Assembly (NCBI RefSeq): GCF_006345805.1
Contig: NC_043001.1
Coordinates: 126,852,001-126,916,000, forward strand
Origin: Octopus sinensis
Taxonomy: Eukaryota
Direction of reading: 5' to 3'
DNA: 64,000 bases
Below the pieces are notes generated by a model that searched no databases, had not been told where the DNA came from, and saw only the letters and a program-made list of their open reading frames with translations. Position numbers and translations under genes: made by a program. How positions within the stretch are numbered: the stretch's first letter is position 1; each line of letters starts with the position of its first letter. Shown one piece after another: positions 52,176-64,000 of this stretch.

Positions 52176-53195
52176 GAGTAATGGGAGAAAAGAAATGATG
52201 CAAGTAGAACTGTGCTATAAGACCTCCGCAATAACAATGAACAGGTACTTATCTAGTTCAGAGGACTGGATGGTGCGACTGGTGTGCAAAAACGAAAGCA
52301 GCAAAATACCCCATTCTATTGTAAAGGAAGCTTGCAACATCGCAAGGGAACTTGGCATTAACCTTGAAATAGTTGAAGTACCTGAAATCACTGTCATAAG
52401 AGAAGCAAAACCGATCAAGCAAAATGCAAAAATGAACGGGCAGAAACAAATTAAGGAGAAATGGAGCCAGAAAACTTTGCATGGACAGTATATACTTCGA
52501 AGTCGAAATGCTGATGTATATCAAGCAACAACCCATCAGTAGCTAAGACGTTCAGGACTTAAAGTAGAGACTGAAGGTTTCATATTGGCGGCACAATATC
52601 AAAGCTTTCTCACAAAAAACTACAAGACGTTCTTCAAAATGGTTCTGACGCTAAATGCAGATTCTGCGATACATTTGACGAAACAATTGACCATTTCGTC
52701 TCGGGATGTTCTGTGCTGACACCAAACGAATACGAAATTTGACACGATAGGGGAGGACAGAATTTACATTGGAAAATATGAAAACTCTACAAAATCAATA
52801 TTCCTGCTTACCGGTATGAACATTATCCTAAGCCAGTCGCTATACTCTGGGATTTCCTAGTCAACACTGACAGAACGAATCAGGCTAATCGACCAGACAT
52901 AGTTATCAAAGACATGGAAGAAAATGATTTTAGATTAATTGATGTAAGTGATCCCACTGAGAAAAATATATCTGTAAAGGAATTTGACAAAGTAAATATA
53001 AGGATCTAGAAATTGAACTACAAAAGATGTGGCATCTTAAAACGAGAACTAATCCTCTTATTGTAGGTGCCCTAGGTATAAGAAAGGGGTGTCAGAAACA
53101 TCTACATAAGATCCCAGGAGAACCATGTCCCAGAGAAATCCAAAAGATTGTGCTGACAAGTACTGACCATAACGTTAGAAAAACCTATCCATTTA
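52160..53195 (+). mobile_element. R4/Dong-type retrotransposon 3' fragment (CCHC + RLE)
   Basis: WSQKTLHGQY, LKVETEGFILAAQ, CRFCDTFDETIDHFVSGCSVL, NQANRPDIVIKD, YKDLEIELQKMWHLKT. Confidence 0.9.
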
Positions 53196-53229
53196 AATGT
53201 TTGTGTTGTATTACATGAAGGTTTTTCGC

Positions 53230-53431
53230 TACATTCCCTGCCACTATCCCTCCCCAAGCTTTCAGTCATACTGGTGAAGATGCCGACGATCGCTTTGTTC
53301 AAAGCCTCCCTGGACCTCAAGTGGCCTGAACTCTTTACATGAACACCAACCTGTACTTAACTCCATGTCCCCCTACATGGCCTTGCTATTTGCTTTTGAG
53401 CCAAATTAACTAACTAACTAACTAACTAACT
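53230..53431 (+). mobile_element. CR1/L2-type LINE 3' end, same family as 5499-5945
   Basis: GTGAAGATGCCGACGA..GCT..GTTCAAAG.CTC.CT.GACC..AA.TGGCCTGAACTCTTT.CATGAACACC...; (AACT)n tail. Confidence 0.9.
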
Positions 53432-53628
53432 GTAGCCTCTCTTATCCTTCACTCACCCCAGGACGCTGCGTGTGTCTCGATAAGTGACTGTAACAAACAT
53501 GCAGATTACAAGTAAAAGATAATGATGATAATAGCTAGCTGAATAATTCGCGGAAAATATAAAAAATGTAAGCATTTCTAAATTGTGTTCTGGTGCCATG
53601 AGATATGTTTCTATAGTGTGACAGTTAA

Positions 53629-53825
53629 AGGCGGCTAGCTCGCAGAATCGTTAGCACATCGGGCGGCTGCCTTTACGTCCTGAGATTAAATTCTGCCGAG
53701 GTCGACTTTGTCTTCCATCATTTCGGGGTCTATAAATTAAGTATCAGTTGCGTAACGTGGTCGGTCTAATTGACAGGCCCTCTCTCTCCACAAAAATTTC
53801 AGGACTTCTGCTTATAGTAGAAAAG
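53629..53825 (+). mobile_element. SINE family B, diverged
   Basis: AAGGCGGC.AGCT.GCAGAATCGTTAGCAC...GCCGAGGTCGACTTTG. Confidence 0.82.
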
Positions 53826-54002
53826 TATTTTGCAACAGTTACGGAATATAGAAAGAAGGGTAAAACCGATTACTATATAATCCAACCAAAATATCTCAAT
53901 TACGCCAAAATAAACAATTACTATTTAGCCTTGAAATACATCGTACATATTCAAAGAACCTTCTTTGCTTAGTGGTACGGAACGCTTTTCTCGTATTCTT
54001 TT

Positions 54003-54210
54003 ATTCTGTTACTTGTTTCAGTCATTTGACGGTGGCCATGCTACAGCACTACCCTTTAGTCGAAGAAATTAACCCCTGGACTTATTCCCAGTAAGCCTGG
54101 TGCTTGTTTTATCAGTTCCTTCTGCTGAACAGCTAAGTTACAGGAATGCAAACACACCAATATCGGTTTTCAAGCAATGGTGGTTTGGGGTACAAACACA
54201 GACACATAGA
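54003..54210 (-). mobile_element. SINE family C 3' part
   Basis: TTACTTGTTTCAGTCATTTGAC.G.GGCCATGCT...GCTAAGTTAC.GG.A.GCAAACACACC. Confidence 0.8.
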
Positions 54211-54499
54211 GGAAATAAAAATATATAAGAGAAATAGTAACTTATACTTCTGACTTCAAGAAAACTAAAACTGGAACTTCTGAGCGCTGTACCTTGAAAA
54301 ACAGCAGCAAAAAGTGAAAATCCTGTTCATTTTAGTACTACAGGTTGATACTGTTAGGAGACTAGGTGTTTGTTTATCTATTTGTGATACTTAGCCGGAA
54401 AATATTTCCTTTGCTATCTCCAGAATTTAGGCTGATGGTGCTCTAAAAAAGCATTCAATCGAGAATAGCTAGTTTTTGTTTTGGTATACGGTTCAGGAT

Positions 54500-55655
54500 G
54501 TTACGGGATATGACAGCAACACCATTCCAGATGTGGGAGTTGCAATCCATTGCTGCTAAGGTGCTCTGGAAACAGGGATTTGTTCTTTTCTTTTTTGATA
54601 TTGCTGTTGCCCTCCATTCACTTTGCTTTTCTTATTTTCACCTGTCTTTCAGTTACTTTCAAATTTCAACTCTGTGTGTTTCGCATCAACATATATAATA
54701 ACTTGGATCTCTGTTCTTCTACCATCAATTTCACGCTTTTTCTTTCGGTGCCTTTCACTAGGCACAGTTCTGGCTTTGCTCTTTGACCTTCCAGGATCAT
54801 TAAAACTTGTCAGTTCATTTTGAATTCCCTTGCTTTGACTACTACCCTGTATTGCTGCAGAAACTTCACTACAAACCATAAGTCTACGCCATGCCCCGTT
54901 GTTCCATGTACTAGGGCACAAATGCATAGTCAGAAATATGTCTAACGATTGCAGCTTGTGTTTCGGCAGCGTTTTCAGTTTTAATAGTACAGCAGATAGT
55001 ACCATAGCTTTCTTCGCTCTCAGTCGAGATAATTTCTAACAATATGTCTTGGAGGGCTTTTTGTACTACTTGACGTAAAGAGAAATTTATTCCTCTTCCA
55101 TCTTCTTGGAAATAGTAAAATATGAGTTTTATCTTTGCTATCTTCGGGATTATCTCCTCTGGCAAACAATTCCTATTTGATTTCATGACATTCTCCCACG
55201 TACATTTGTTGCACTTAAATTACTTGTCAGTTCATGTAAGAGTGAATGATGGTTTGTTTTCGCAAAGTTGCTATACGAATGAATCGTAGCGTTTGGAAGA
55301 CTTCATAATGTTGCTTTTATTGTTTTTACTGTTGTTAATTTTGTCTTCCGAATTATTTGAGTATTTGAGAGACTTTCTTCTATTAAATCTTCACTAAAAT
55401 TTTCATTTTCTTCTTTCCCCTGTATATTTAGCGTTTTTTTTGATTTTGGATGATATTTTTAGCCATTCTATTGCCTTGTGGTGTTGCATAGTTATATATG
55501 GTAGTTAATTTAATAGAAAAATCTGATATGTTTATAAATAAAATGTCAAAAGTTTGTAAAACAAACAACTTTTTTTCTGGTGTCTCCCCACTCCCCACAT
55601 TCTGTATCAAGTACAGCTCTTGCTCAATTATATTTCTTTTCTCAAGTCCGCAATT
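54500..55655 (-). mobile_element. R4/Dong-like N-terminal fragment starting at the (TAA)n array
   Basis: Minus strand begins next to (TTA)n; fragments such as GAWRRL and ELKFESN resemble the N-terminal region of the 55981 element; heavily degenerate. Confidence 0.55.
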
Positions 55656-55662
55656 AATAAAC

Positions 55663-55680
55663 ATAATAATAATAATAATG

Positions 55681-55731
<51 letters not shown>

Positions 55732-55780
55732 TAATAATAATAACAAAATAATAATAATAATAAAATAATAATAATAACAA

Positions 55781-55853
<73 letters not shown>

Positions 55854-55947
55854 GCAAAATAATAATAATAACAAAATAATAATAATAATGGCGGTGCCCT
55901 AGCATGGCCACAGCGTGTGAGCTGAAACTAAATAAAATTAAAAAATA

Positions 55948-55980
<33 letters not shown>
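55663..55980. repeat. Long interrupted (TAA)n array with a SINE C 3' tip (~55889-55945)
   Basis: Seen directly; insert GGCGGTGCCCTAGCATGGCCACAG..GCTGAAACT. Confidence 0.95.
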
Positions 55981-55983
<3 letters not shown>

Positions 55984-58198
55984 GGTAATTGCGCAACCTG
56001 ATAATCGCTACCTCATATGAGTGACAATGAATAAACAAAATATTGTGAATAACGGTGGTAATGAAACAGAAGCCATTGATGGTGACAGCGTTGCACCCGG
56101 CAGGCACAGAGATTCTGGTCCGGCTCCAGCTTGTCGATATTCAGAAAGGGACCGCCACACACGGCATAAATGGAGCAAGCAAATTAATGCTGTGGTCATG
56201 GAGTGTTACTACCTGAGCAACACGGTTGTTGAAAATGGTGCACAAATTAGGGGTTACCGACAACGTACGTATGATCATTTGAGAGAAAAGGGATTGTTTC
56301 AACTCACGGAGCAGAGACTATGTGATCAAGCTAGAGCAATAAGAAAAAATCGTAGAGGTCGAAAAGAAAAAAAGAAAATAAGAAAAAAGTAGAGGTCGAA
56401 GCTATCAAAAGACGGGACTTGTAAAATAGCAGCAAAGATAACGATGAAAATACAGTTCTTACTAATAAATGTAATCTCATAGCACAGGAAAGGAGCAGTG
56501 GTAGTTTAATTGATGAGAGACATATATATGATCTAAAAGACGACAATATAATTAATGGTGACATGACAGATAAAGAAAAGGCAATCAACGACAGAATAAA
56601 GGCAAGACTACAGGAGAACGATAGCGACATTATTAACAACCTTAAAAGGTTGACCGGTGAAAGCTAAACCAAGAAACGAAAAATGTCAATGATATTCTGA
56701 AATACACCAGAACAAACAACATAACCCAAACAAATAACTTGATCAAGGTAGCAAGTATTGTTGTAACAGAAAATGTGGGTGCTGATGTCAAGAAAAAGAA
56801 ATACAATGGGAGTGACAAAAGAAAGAACCCATGATGGGAAAGAAAAATACAGGCATGGTTAGATATACTCTCGAAGGAAATTTCTGTGTTAGACCGAGAA
56901 GAGAAAGGGAAGCTTAAAAGCGAACAAAAATACAAGGCCCTGAAAAGGAAGTATAACATTGAAAGTAAGGGCCTGAAAATGGTAATGGAGGAAATGAAGC
57001 GGCGCTCCGTTGCAAAGAAAACAAAGATAGTAAAATACGACCAAAAAATGAAGGTTTACCATCAGAATAGGTTATTCAGAGCTTAGACAGAAAGACAAGG
57101 AAGTTGCTAACTACATATGAGACACTCCACCCAAAAAGTAATACAGACAGACAACATGTACCAAGAAAAAGAGAAGGAAGAGGACTTATTGGATGCGAAC
57201 ACAGCATTAGAGCAGAAGAAAACAACATAGAATGGTATGTAAAAAAATGCCACAGAACCGCTATTATTAGAAGTAGGAAGGTAAGGCTTGTGTAGGATGA
57301 AAGATTGCAAAGATAAAGCACTGTACAAGCCATTGAAAATGAATGAAACTGAAAATAGGTGGGTCAAGAAAAGAATGCATGGACAATTTCATAGGGATGT
57401 TGAAGATAAGACAGACAGATAAAAGATGGCTGTGGATGACTAAAAGTGATTTAAAACCGGAAACGGAGGCTCTAATCTGTGCTGCCCAAGAGCAAGCACT
57501 AAGAATAAACTACATCAAATACAGAGTAGACAACACATCAGAAAGTGATAAGCGCAGAATTTGAGGACAAAATGGTGAAACCGTATGGCATATTACCATC
57601 CAATGTACGCCACTAGCCCAGAAGGAATATAAGAGTCGCCACGACAGTATAGCAAGACTTGTCTAATGGACACTTTGCAACAAGTATAGACTTCACAGAG
57701 AAAAAATTGGTACAACCACAAACCCGAAGGCATCACCGAAAATGATAATGCAAAGATCCTGTTGGATTTTATGATTTAGTGCGACCATGAGATAGAGAAT
57801 ACAAAGTCAGACATAGTCTTAATTGAGAAAGAAACCAAATTATGCTGGATCATAGATATAGCATGCCCAGCTGACAACAAGGTATGCGATAAGGAAGAAA
57901 GAAAAATCGACAGATATGATAGGTTAGCTTGGGAGGCAAAGAAATTGTGATTAATGAAAAAAGTGGTAGTGGTACCAATAATTGTCGGCGCCCTGGGAAC
58001 AGTGAGTAAATATCTCGAGAAGTACATGGAACAAATATGGTCGGCAATAAGGGTAGAGCACTTGCAGAAAACATCACTGCTTGGAACCGCTTGAATACTC
58101 CGGAAGGTGCTCGAAAAATAAGGGGTGTTACTTTAGTTCACTGGTAGTGAACAGCTGACACCGTAGTACATCTCCTGCGTTAGAAGCTGTACAAAGGC

Positions 58199-58200
<2 letters not shown>
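55981..58200 (+). mobile_element. R4/Dong-type retrotransposon with the RT domain deleted, bounded by (TAA)n at both ends
   Basis: N-term RHKWSKQINAVVMECYYLS...GYRQR...TEQRLCDQARAI; ...HQNRLFR jumps (~57080-57100) to LLTTYETLHPKSN...PRK.EGRGL; MHGQF, SDLKPETEALICAAQEQAL, ILLDF, DIVLI, IIDIACP, GALGTV; (TAA)n tail at 58200. Confidence 0.9.
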
Positions 58201-58239
<39 letters not shown>

Positions 58240-58244
58240 TAAAT

Positions 58245-58750
58245 GTTCTGATGGAGTACAAGGCACTGGCTCTTATGGCTTCTGATCTTAACTGATTGGA
58301 AGTATTGTCACGTATATTGTCTCTTCTTGGTATAAAAGATGAGCTACCGCAAATATTCTGCTCAGAACCACAGATTTACTATCGGTTGTTTAACCTTAAC
58401 CAGTCGATCATGTCTCTTATTGGCTAGCGATATGTGTATCTCTGATCACGAGCAGAAGTAGTGGCGGAGCATCATAACCATGTGTTGAGAGGAATTCTTT
58501 GGGGTTTGAATAATTTACCTCATGAAACATGGGTGTTTCACTCGTCATCCTTAAAACAAACCTTATTCATGGACCTTTTGAGCGGGATAGGCCACTTGAC
58601 CTGAAGGTCTCCACCTGCAAGGTCATGCGCCGTTTACCTTGATATGATATCACATTGTCGTGCACATATGGTTGTGAGGCATATGCCTGGTGTACCCTTA
58701 TCAGACGAGTAGTCATGATGTGTATATTGGTCTTTGTATATTTGCACCCC
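58245..58750. mobile_element. Unclassified ~500-bp repeat-like sequence abutting (TAA)n
   Basis: Higher-GC non-coding block starting exactly at the TAA array; resembles a dispersed repeat I associate with this genome type; single copy in the window. Confidence 0.35.
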
Positions 58751-59066
58751 ACTGTCACTTTTCTGCTCTTTCACTCAATATTAATTTTGCTGCCTACTAC
58801 AATTTTTTTAGCTGCTTATTTTTCTTGAATATATTTCCGTTTAGTATTTGTAGAAAAAAAATAGATTGAAAGAAAACCAGAAAAAGAACAACAACTGAAA
58901 AACATAGAAGACAGCTGCAAATGAAAAAAATGTTTTAAACACTTCTTAAAGCAAAATCAAAGCAAATAAAATATTTTAGAATAGACAAAATTTTTTAAAG
59001 TTGAAATATACAACAAAGATACTAATATAAAACTATAAATTTTAGATGAAATATATATGCGCGCTC

Positions 59067-59122
<56 letters not shown>

Positions 59123-59486
59123 ATATGTGTGTGTTAGCGTGTGTTTGTATTTTAACCTATGAGACTCACAAAAAGTTGTTTTGCTTCGTCTGAGAAACAC
59201 GTCAACGTCTCAAAAATAGCTTCTCCTTATATAAAAGGATAAAATGCATTCGTATTAATAATCATGGTGATGATGATGCAAGAAGGAAAAACAGTGGATT
59301 TCAATGGGGAAGGGTAGATAACTTGGTATATAGATAGGTGGTTGCGGATGAAAAGATACTAACGGACAGAAAAAAAGAGATAAAAAGAATAGCAAAAATA
59401 AAATGAGTTTTAATAAAACATATTAACTTACAGTAATACAATTCATTGAGAATTTTTGCGTGTATGCATGCATGTATGAATGTTTC

Positions 59487-59540
<54 letters not shown>

Positions 59541-60058
59541 TGTATATACATCCACATATATATATATTATATACATATATATACTCACACACGCACGTAG
59601 ACAATATGTGTGTGTGTATACATACATGCATATATATATATATTTATAAACGCGACTACAAGCATACATACACAATAACAAATGTACACTTACACTCGTA
59701 TGTCTGTATGTGCGAGTGCTTTTGCGTGTGTGTGTGCGTGCGCGTTTGCGTATGTGTGTGTGTGTGTGTATGTGTGTATGTACTTGTATTATGTATACAC
59801 TGGTTTGATTGAACAAACAGTAGAGAGAGATTTTGATAAGTGGGAATATATGCATGTTATTATTTTCACTCAGCAAAAGTTACAAAGTAATTCAAGGATA
59901 GCAAGTTTCGTATACGGCACTTGTCAAAGCTTGATAAGTGTCATGTACGAACTTCTTGTCCATCGATTCATTTCATAACTCATACCGATTAAAAATAATG
60001 AGATATTCACACACACACACACACGCACACACACACACACATACTCATACATATATAG

Positions 60059-60221
60059 ACGGAGGGGTGATTGTGTAGGAAGAAGCTTGCTTCCCAACAA
60101 CTTGTTTTCGGGATCTGTTTCACTGTGTGGTACCTTGGGCAGGTGTCTTCTACTTTTGCATCGGGCCAGACGGAAACTAAACGAAGCTCGACGTGTATGT
60201 GTGTGCGTTCATGCGTGTTTG

Positions 60222-60258
<37 letters not shown>

Positions 60259-60440
60259 AGTGTTTGTTTCACCATCATCACTTGACAATCCGTGCTGGTG
60301 TGATTACGTCCCCGAATTCTAGCGGCTCCGCAAAAAGACACCGATAGAGTAAGTACTAGACTGAAAAATAAGTCCTGAGGTCGAATTGTTCGACAAAAGC
60401 ACTTTCTTATCAATGCTGAAACAAGTAAAAGAATAAAAGA
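60059..60440 (+). mobile_element. SINE family C, diverged
   Basis: AGAAGCTTGCTTCCCAA...CCTTGGGCAGGTGTCTTCTACT...GACGGAAACT...CTTGACAA..CGTGCTGGTG...ACCGATAG. Confidence 0.85.
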
Positions 60441-60460
60441 ATATGTGTGTGTGTGTGTAT

Positions 60461-60515
<55 letters not shown>

Positions 60516-60631
60516 AATATTCGAAATGTATAGTATTAAATATCCATCATGGCTGATCTTACCAATCTGTTTCGCGTAAAGAATACAATGTAGTGTTACG
60601 TAACAAACCGATTATATAACTCGTCAACATA

Positions 60632-61920
60632 CGAGGGGTGTATGAAAAGTCTTGAGCCTCAGAAAAACAAAGCATAGTGCAAGACTTCTGATGATTTATT
60701 TCTCAACATAGTCCCCCTCGATGGCTGGACACTTTCTCCAGCAGTGCTGAAGCGCCATTATCCCGGCGTACAGGAACTCTTTTGTTTGAGACTCCGACAA
60801 ACTTCCTATAGCGTCTATGACGTCATTGTCACTGGCAAAATGGCAACCAGCCAGGGATTTTTTTCATTTTGGGGAATAGATGAAAGTCAGAGAGGGCTAA
60901 GTCTGGCGAATAAGGCAAATGAGGAACAAGTTCGTATTCACAATCATGAATTCTTGCCATGGCAACCACTGAGGTGTTGGCTGGAGCATTGTCGTGATGA
61001 AAAAGGACTCCTCTCGTGAGCATTCCCTGCCTTTTTTTCTTTGAGTGCTTTTTGGAGGCGTTTCTGTAGCTGAGAATAATAGCCCTGTCACAGTGTCACC
61101 CTTTTTAAGGTAATCGATCAGCAAGACACCTTGAGAATAAAAAAAACTGACGCCATGACCATGCCAGCTGAAAGAATGACCCTGGCCTTCTTTGGGATAG
61201 AAGATGTGTGCTTCCACTGCTTTGATTGTTCTTTGGTTTCAGGCTGGTAGTAATGAACCCAAATTTCGTCCATAGTAATGAAACATGCAAGAAAATTCTC
61301 TTCATCGGCTTCAAACAGTTCCAGATTGCTCGTTGACAAAGTGCACCTGGTGCATTTCTGTTCAGAAGTCAAAAGGAGACAGACTCACCTTGCAGAAACC
61401 TTTGAGAACCCAAGTTCTTTTGTCACAATGTTGTCTGCTCTTTCAGTTGAGATACCCAGTCTCACGTCTATCTAGCGACGTGATATTCGACGATCTTGCA
61501 TTATCATACCAAGAACAAGATCGATGTTGTCTTTGGTGGTTGCAGTTGGAGGTCTCCATAGTCTGGGATCATCTTCCACACTCTCCCTGCCACACTGGAA
61601 TTCATTTACCCAGCATTTGACTGTTGCATATGAAGGAGCATTGGCTGTTAAAGTTCTCATCATATCTTCATGGATTTCTGACGGAATCATGCCTTTCAAA
61701 TGAAGGTACTTTATGACAGCACGATACTCAGTACTCTTCATTTTCCTTATAACCTCGACATTTGTTTATTCAAAAATCTGCAACAAAGAAAATTTAAATA
61801 TGACAATCATGAAAATGAGCACGAATACTCCGAAAAGACCGTACTTACCAGACAAAATGGTTTGAGCTACCTGGCAGCCCCGTTTCTGAGTTAGACTCAA
61901 AACTTTTCATACACCCCTCG
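60632..61920 (-). mobile_element. Full-length mariner (DD34D) element with pseudogenised transposase
   Basis: TIRs CGAGGGGTGTATGAAAAGTCTTGAG / CTCAAAACTTTTCATACACCCCTCG, TA left and TG right; ATG at 61741 MKSTEYRAVIKYL...; ITMDEIWVHYYQPETKEQSKQW; LFHHDNAP; PYSPDLALSDFHLFPKMK; several stops and frameshifts. Confidence 0.95.
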
Positions 61921-62005
61921 TGTATATATTTAAGCACATGGAAAGAACTTCGAAGAGATTGAACCAACGAAATAACGCAGATTTCTCACCTCTATGTTCC
62001 TATAG

Positions 62006-62231
62006 AAATACACAGACACAGCTCGCCTCTCATCAAATCACACTCGCATTGATGGACAATAATGGTATCACACCTTTATATCTGGAAGTTGTATTCAAAC
62101 ACTACGTCGTGGTGACTTTGGTGTTGTTCCTGGATTCAGTGAAATTCGATATCAAAAACTATGATAATATGACACCATTACTTGAAGCTGTGTTCGAGGA
62201 TCACTTCGGAGTAATTCATAAGTTGATTTCA
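62006..62231 (+). pseudogene. Ankyrin-repeat exon, probably a relic
   Basis: Polypyrimidine acceptor ATTTCTCACCTCTATGTTCCTATAG at 62005; DNNGITPLYL...DIKNYDNMTPLLEAV...H.GVIHKLI has two TPL motifs 34 aa apart; the frame runs into (TA)n without a clear donor. Confidence 0.6.
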
Positions 62232-62255
62232 TATATATATATATATATATATATA

Positions 62256-62695
62256 AATATATATATAAAAAATTAAAGATGGGAAATGCGCACACTTATA
62301 TAATTCTTAATTTATCTTATATTGTGTTTGTCGACCGGTTTCGCTATCGCTAATTATGGCATTAAAATTTATATAAATAGTTATTGAGAAAAGTCTTTTT
62401 GTCCATGTTGTGTGGAGTTTATGAATCTAAGGGGAGGTAATTGGTTGTCCACAATAATAACGATAACCAATTACCACTCCTTAGATTGTCCTACTTGCTG
62501 AATCATTCATTTATAAACTCCCCACGCAACATGAAAAAAAATTGTTTTCTTAAGAAAATACGTATTCAAATAAACTTTAATGTCATGATTAGCGAAAGCG
62601 AAACCGTCGATTAACACGATATAAAATATATAAAAAATTATGTTAAAACTATGTAAAGTGTGTGCATTTTCCTTCTTTAATTTCTTATATATATT
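62256..62695. repeat. Imperfect ~440-bp palindrome (MITE/fold-back-like)
   Basis: AATTAAAGA.GG.AAATGC.CACACTT, TCGAC.GGTTTCGCT.TCGCTAAT, CATGTTG.GTGG and AATCTAAGG..GGTAATTGGTT.TC are each mirrored around ~62450-62462. Confidence 0.85.
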
Positions 62696-62959
62696 ACAAC
62701 TCACCACGTGGGGGTAATCGAAATTCAGTTCTTTTCAATTGTGTGGCCAGGAGCCCAGATCTTTCAACTTAACTAAATAATTTGAAACTTCGTATGCTGG
62801 TACAGTGTTTCAAAACAAGACACAGGTTGGAACTAGTTTATTTGAGAAAAATCTATTTTATGACTTTAATCGTAGATTAAAACTGCGAATTTTAACCAAT
62901 GAGATTGCTTGTTTTCATATTTAATACGTTACTGCATTTTGTTAGTGTGACGTAGAAAG

Positions 62960-63405
62960 ATACACACATAGACACACACACACACACATACATACACACA
63001 CATACATACATACATAGATACATACACACACACACACATACATACAGATACACATACACCGAGTATTCACTCGAAAAAACTAAACACTGAATCGGCAATA
63101 CATACATGTGTGACACACACACACACACACATAGATACACACACATACATAGATACATACACACACACACATACATACACACACATACATACATAGATAC
63201 ATACACACACACACACATACATACAGATACACATACACCGAGTATTCACTCGAAAAAACTAAACACTGAATCGGCCATACATACATACATACATACACAC
63301 ACATACATACACACACATACACACACACACACATACATAGATACATACACACATACATACATACATTCATACATACATTCATACATATACACATACACCG
63401 AGTAA
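62960..63405 (+). repeat. ~180-bp tandem duplication of microsatellite plus unique core
   Basis: CCGAGTATTCACTCGAAAAAACTAAACACTGAATCGG at ~63059 and ~63238; a third stub CCGAGTA at ~63398. Confidence 0.9.
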
Positions 63406-63801
63406 AAAATTTCATCGTTATTGTTTTGTTTACATTTGTTTACATACCATATGTTTACTACGTCACCAAATTGGTGGTCGAGACGGAGTAAATAATATGA
63501 AGCCGAAAGACGGAATACCATTGGTTAAAATTCTAATTATTAAACAATGTTAAACTTAGAAGTTACAATTCCGTTTTCATTCTGGTTTGCAATTAAGTTT
63601 ACTTTTGACACATTCTACCAGTATACGAAGTTTCAAATTGTTTGGTTCAGTAGGAAACATTTTGAAAAACTGGCTTCACAAATGAAAAGATCCCGAAATT
63701 CTTCACTTTCTGTAACTATATATATATATGTCATGCATACGAGTGCGGCCATACTGGGGTACCGCCTCCAAGTTGTATACGTCTGCTTGTGTGTACGTGT
63801 G

Positions 63802-63839
<38 letters not shown>

Positions 63840-64000
63840 CAATTAAAAACAAACAGAGAGAAAGAAAAAAAACGACGTTTGGACGTGGCACAAACAATGT
63901 ATTAATGAGGCGCTCAGAGAAGGAAAATTTTACGTTTCGAGCATAGTTCTCCTTCGGAAACAGGAACAAACAGGGAAGTCCTAGACAAAGGAGGGAAAAA

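Overview
Eukaryotic, AT-rich, microsatellite-saturated non-coding DNA. The SINE families and (TA)n/(TACA)n/(TAGA)n/(TAA)n density look like an octopus (coleoid cephalopod) genome; this is pattern recognition, not a database hit. I found no intact protein-coding gene, rRNA, true tRNA or CRISPR array, and most listed ORFs are microsatellite artefacts. Transposon content: four tRNA-derived SINE families (several with clean TSDs), CR1/L2- and RTE-type LINE 3' ends, a cluster of R4/Dong-type RLE retrotransposon fragments around (TAA)n arrays (51.4-58.2 kb), two decayed Penelope-like elements, two mariners, a DD37D/maT fragment, a deleted pogo-like element with a PHD remnant, and a hAT relic. The only host-gene-like signal is an ankyrin-repeat exon relic at ~62.0-62.2 kb. 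The most unusual structures are (i) a (TA)n-embedded hairpin element with a degenerate minimal hammerhead-ribozyme core, present twice, (ii) a 3.2-kb cassette in which ~550-bp inverted repeats enclose Penelope and ORF1-like relics, (iii) many fold-back hairpins, and (iv) an old rearranged duplication in the first 7 kb. Coordinates of degenerate elements are approximate and identities were judged by eye.
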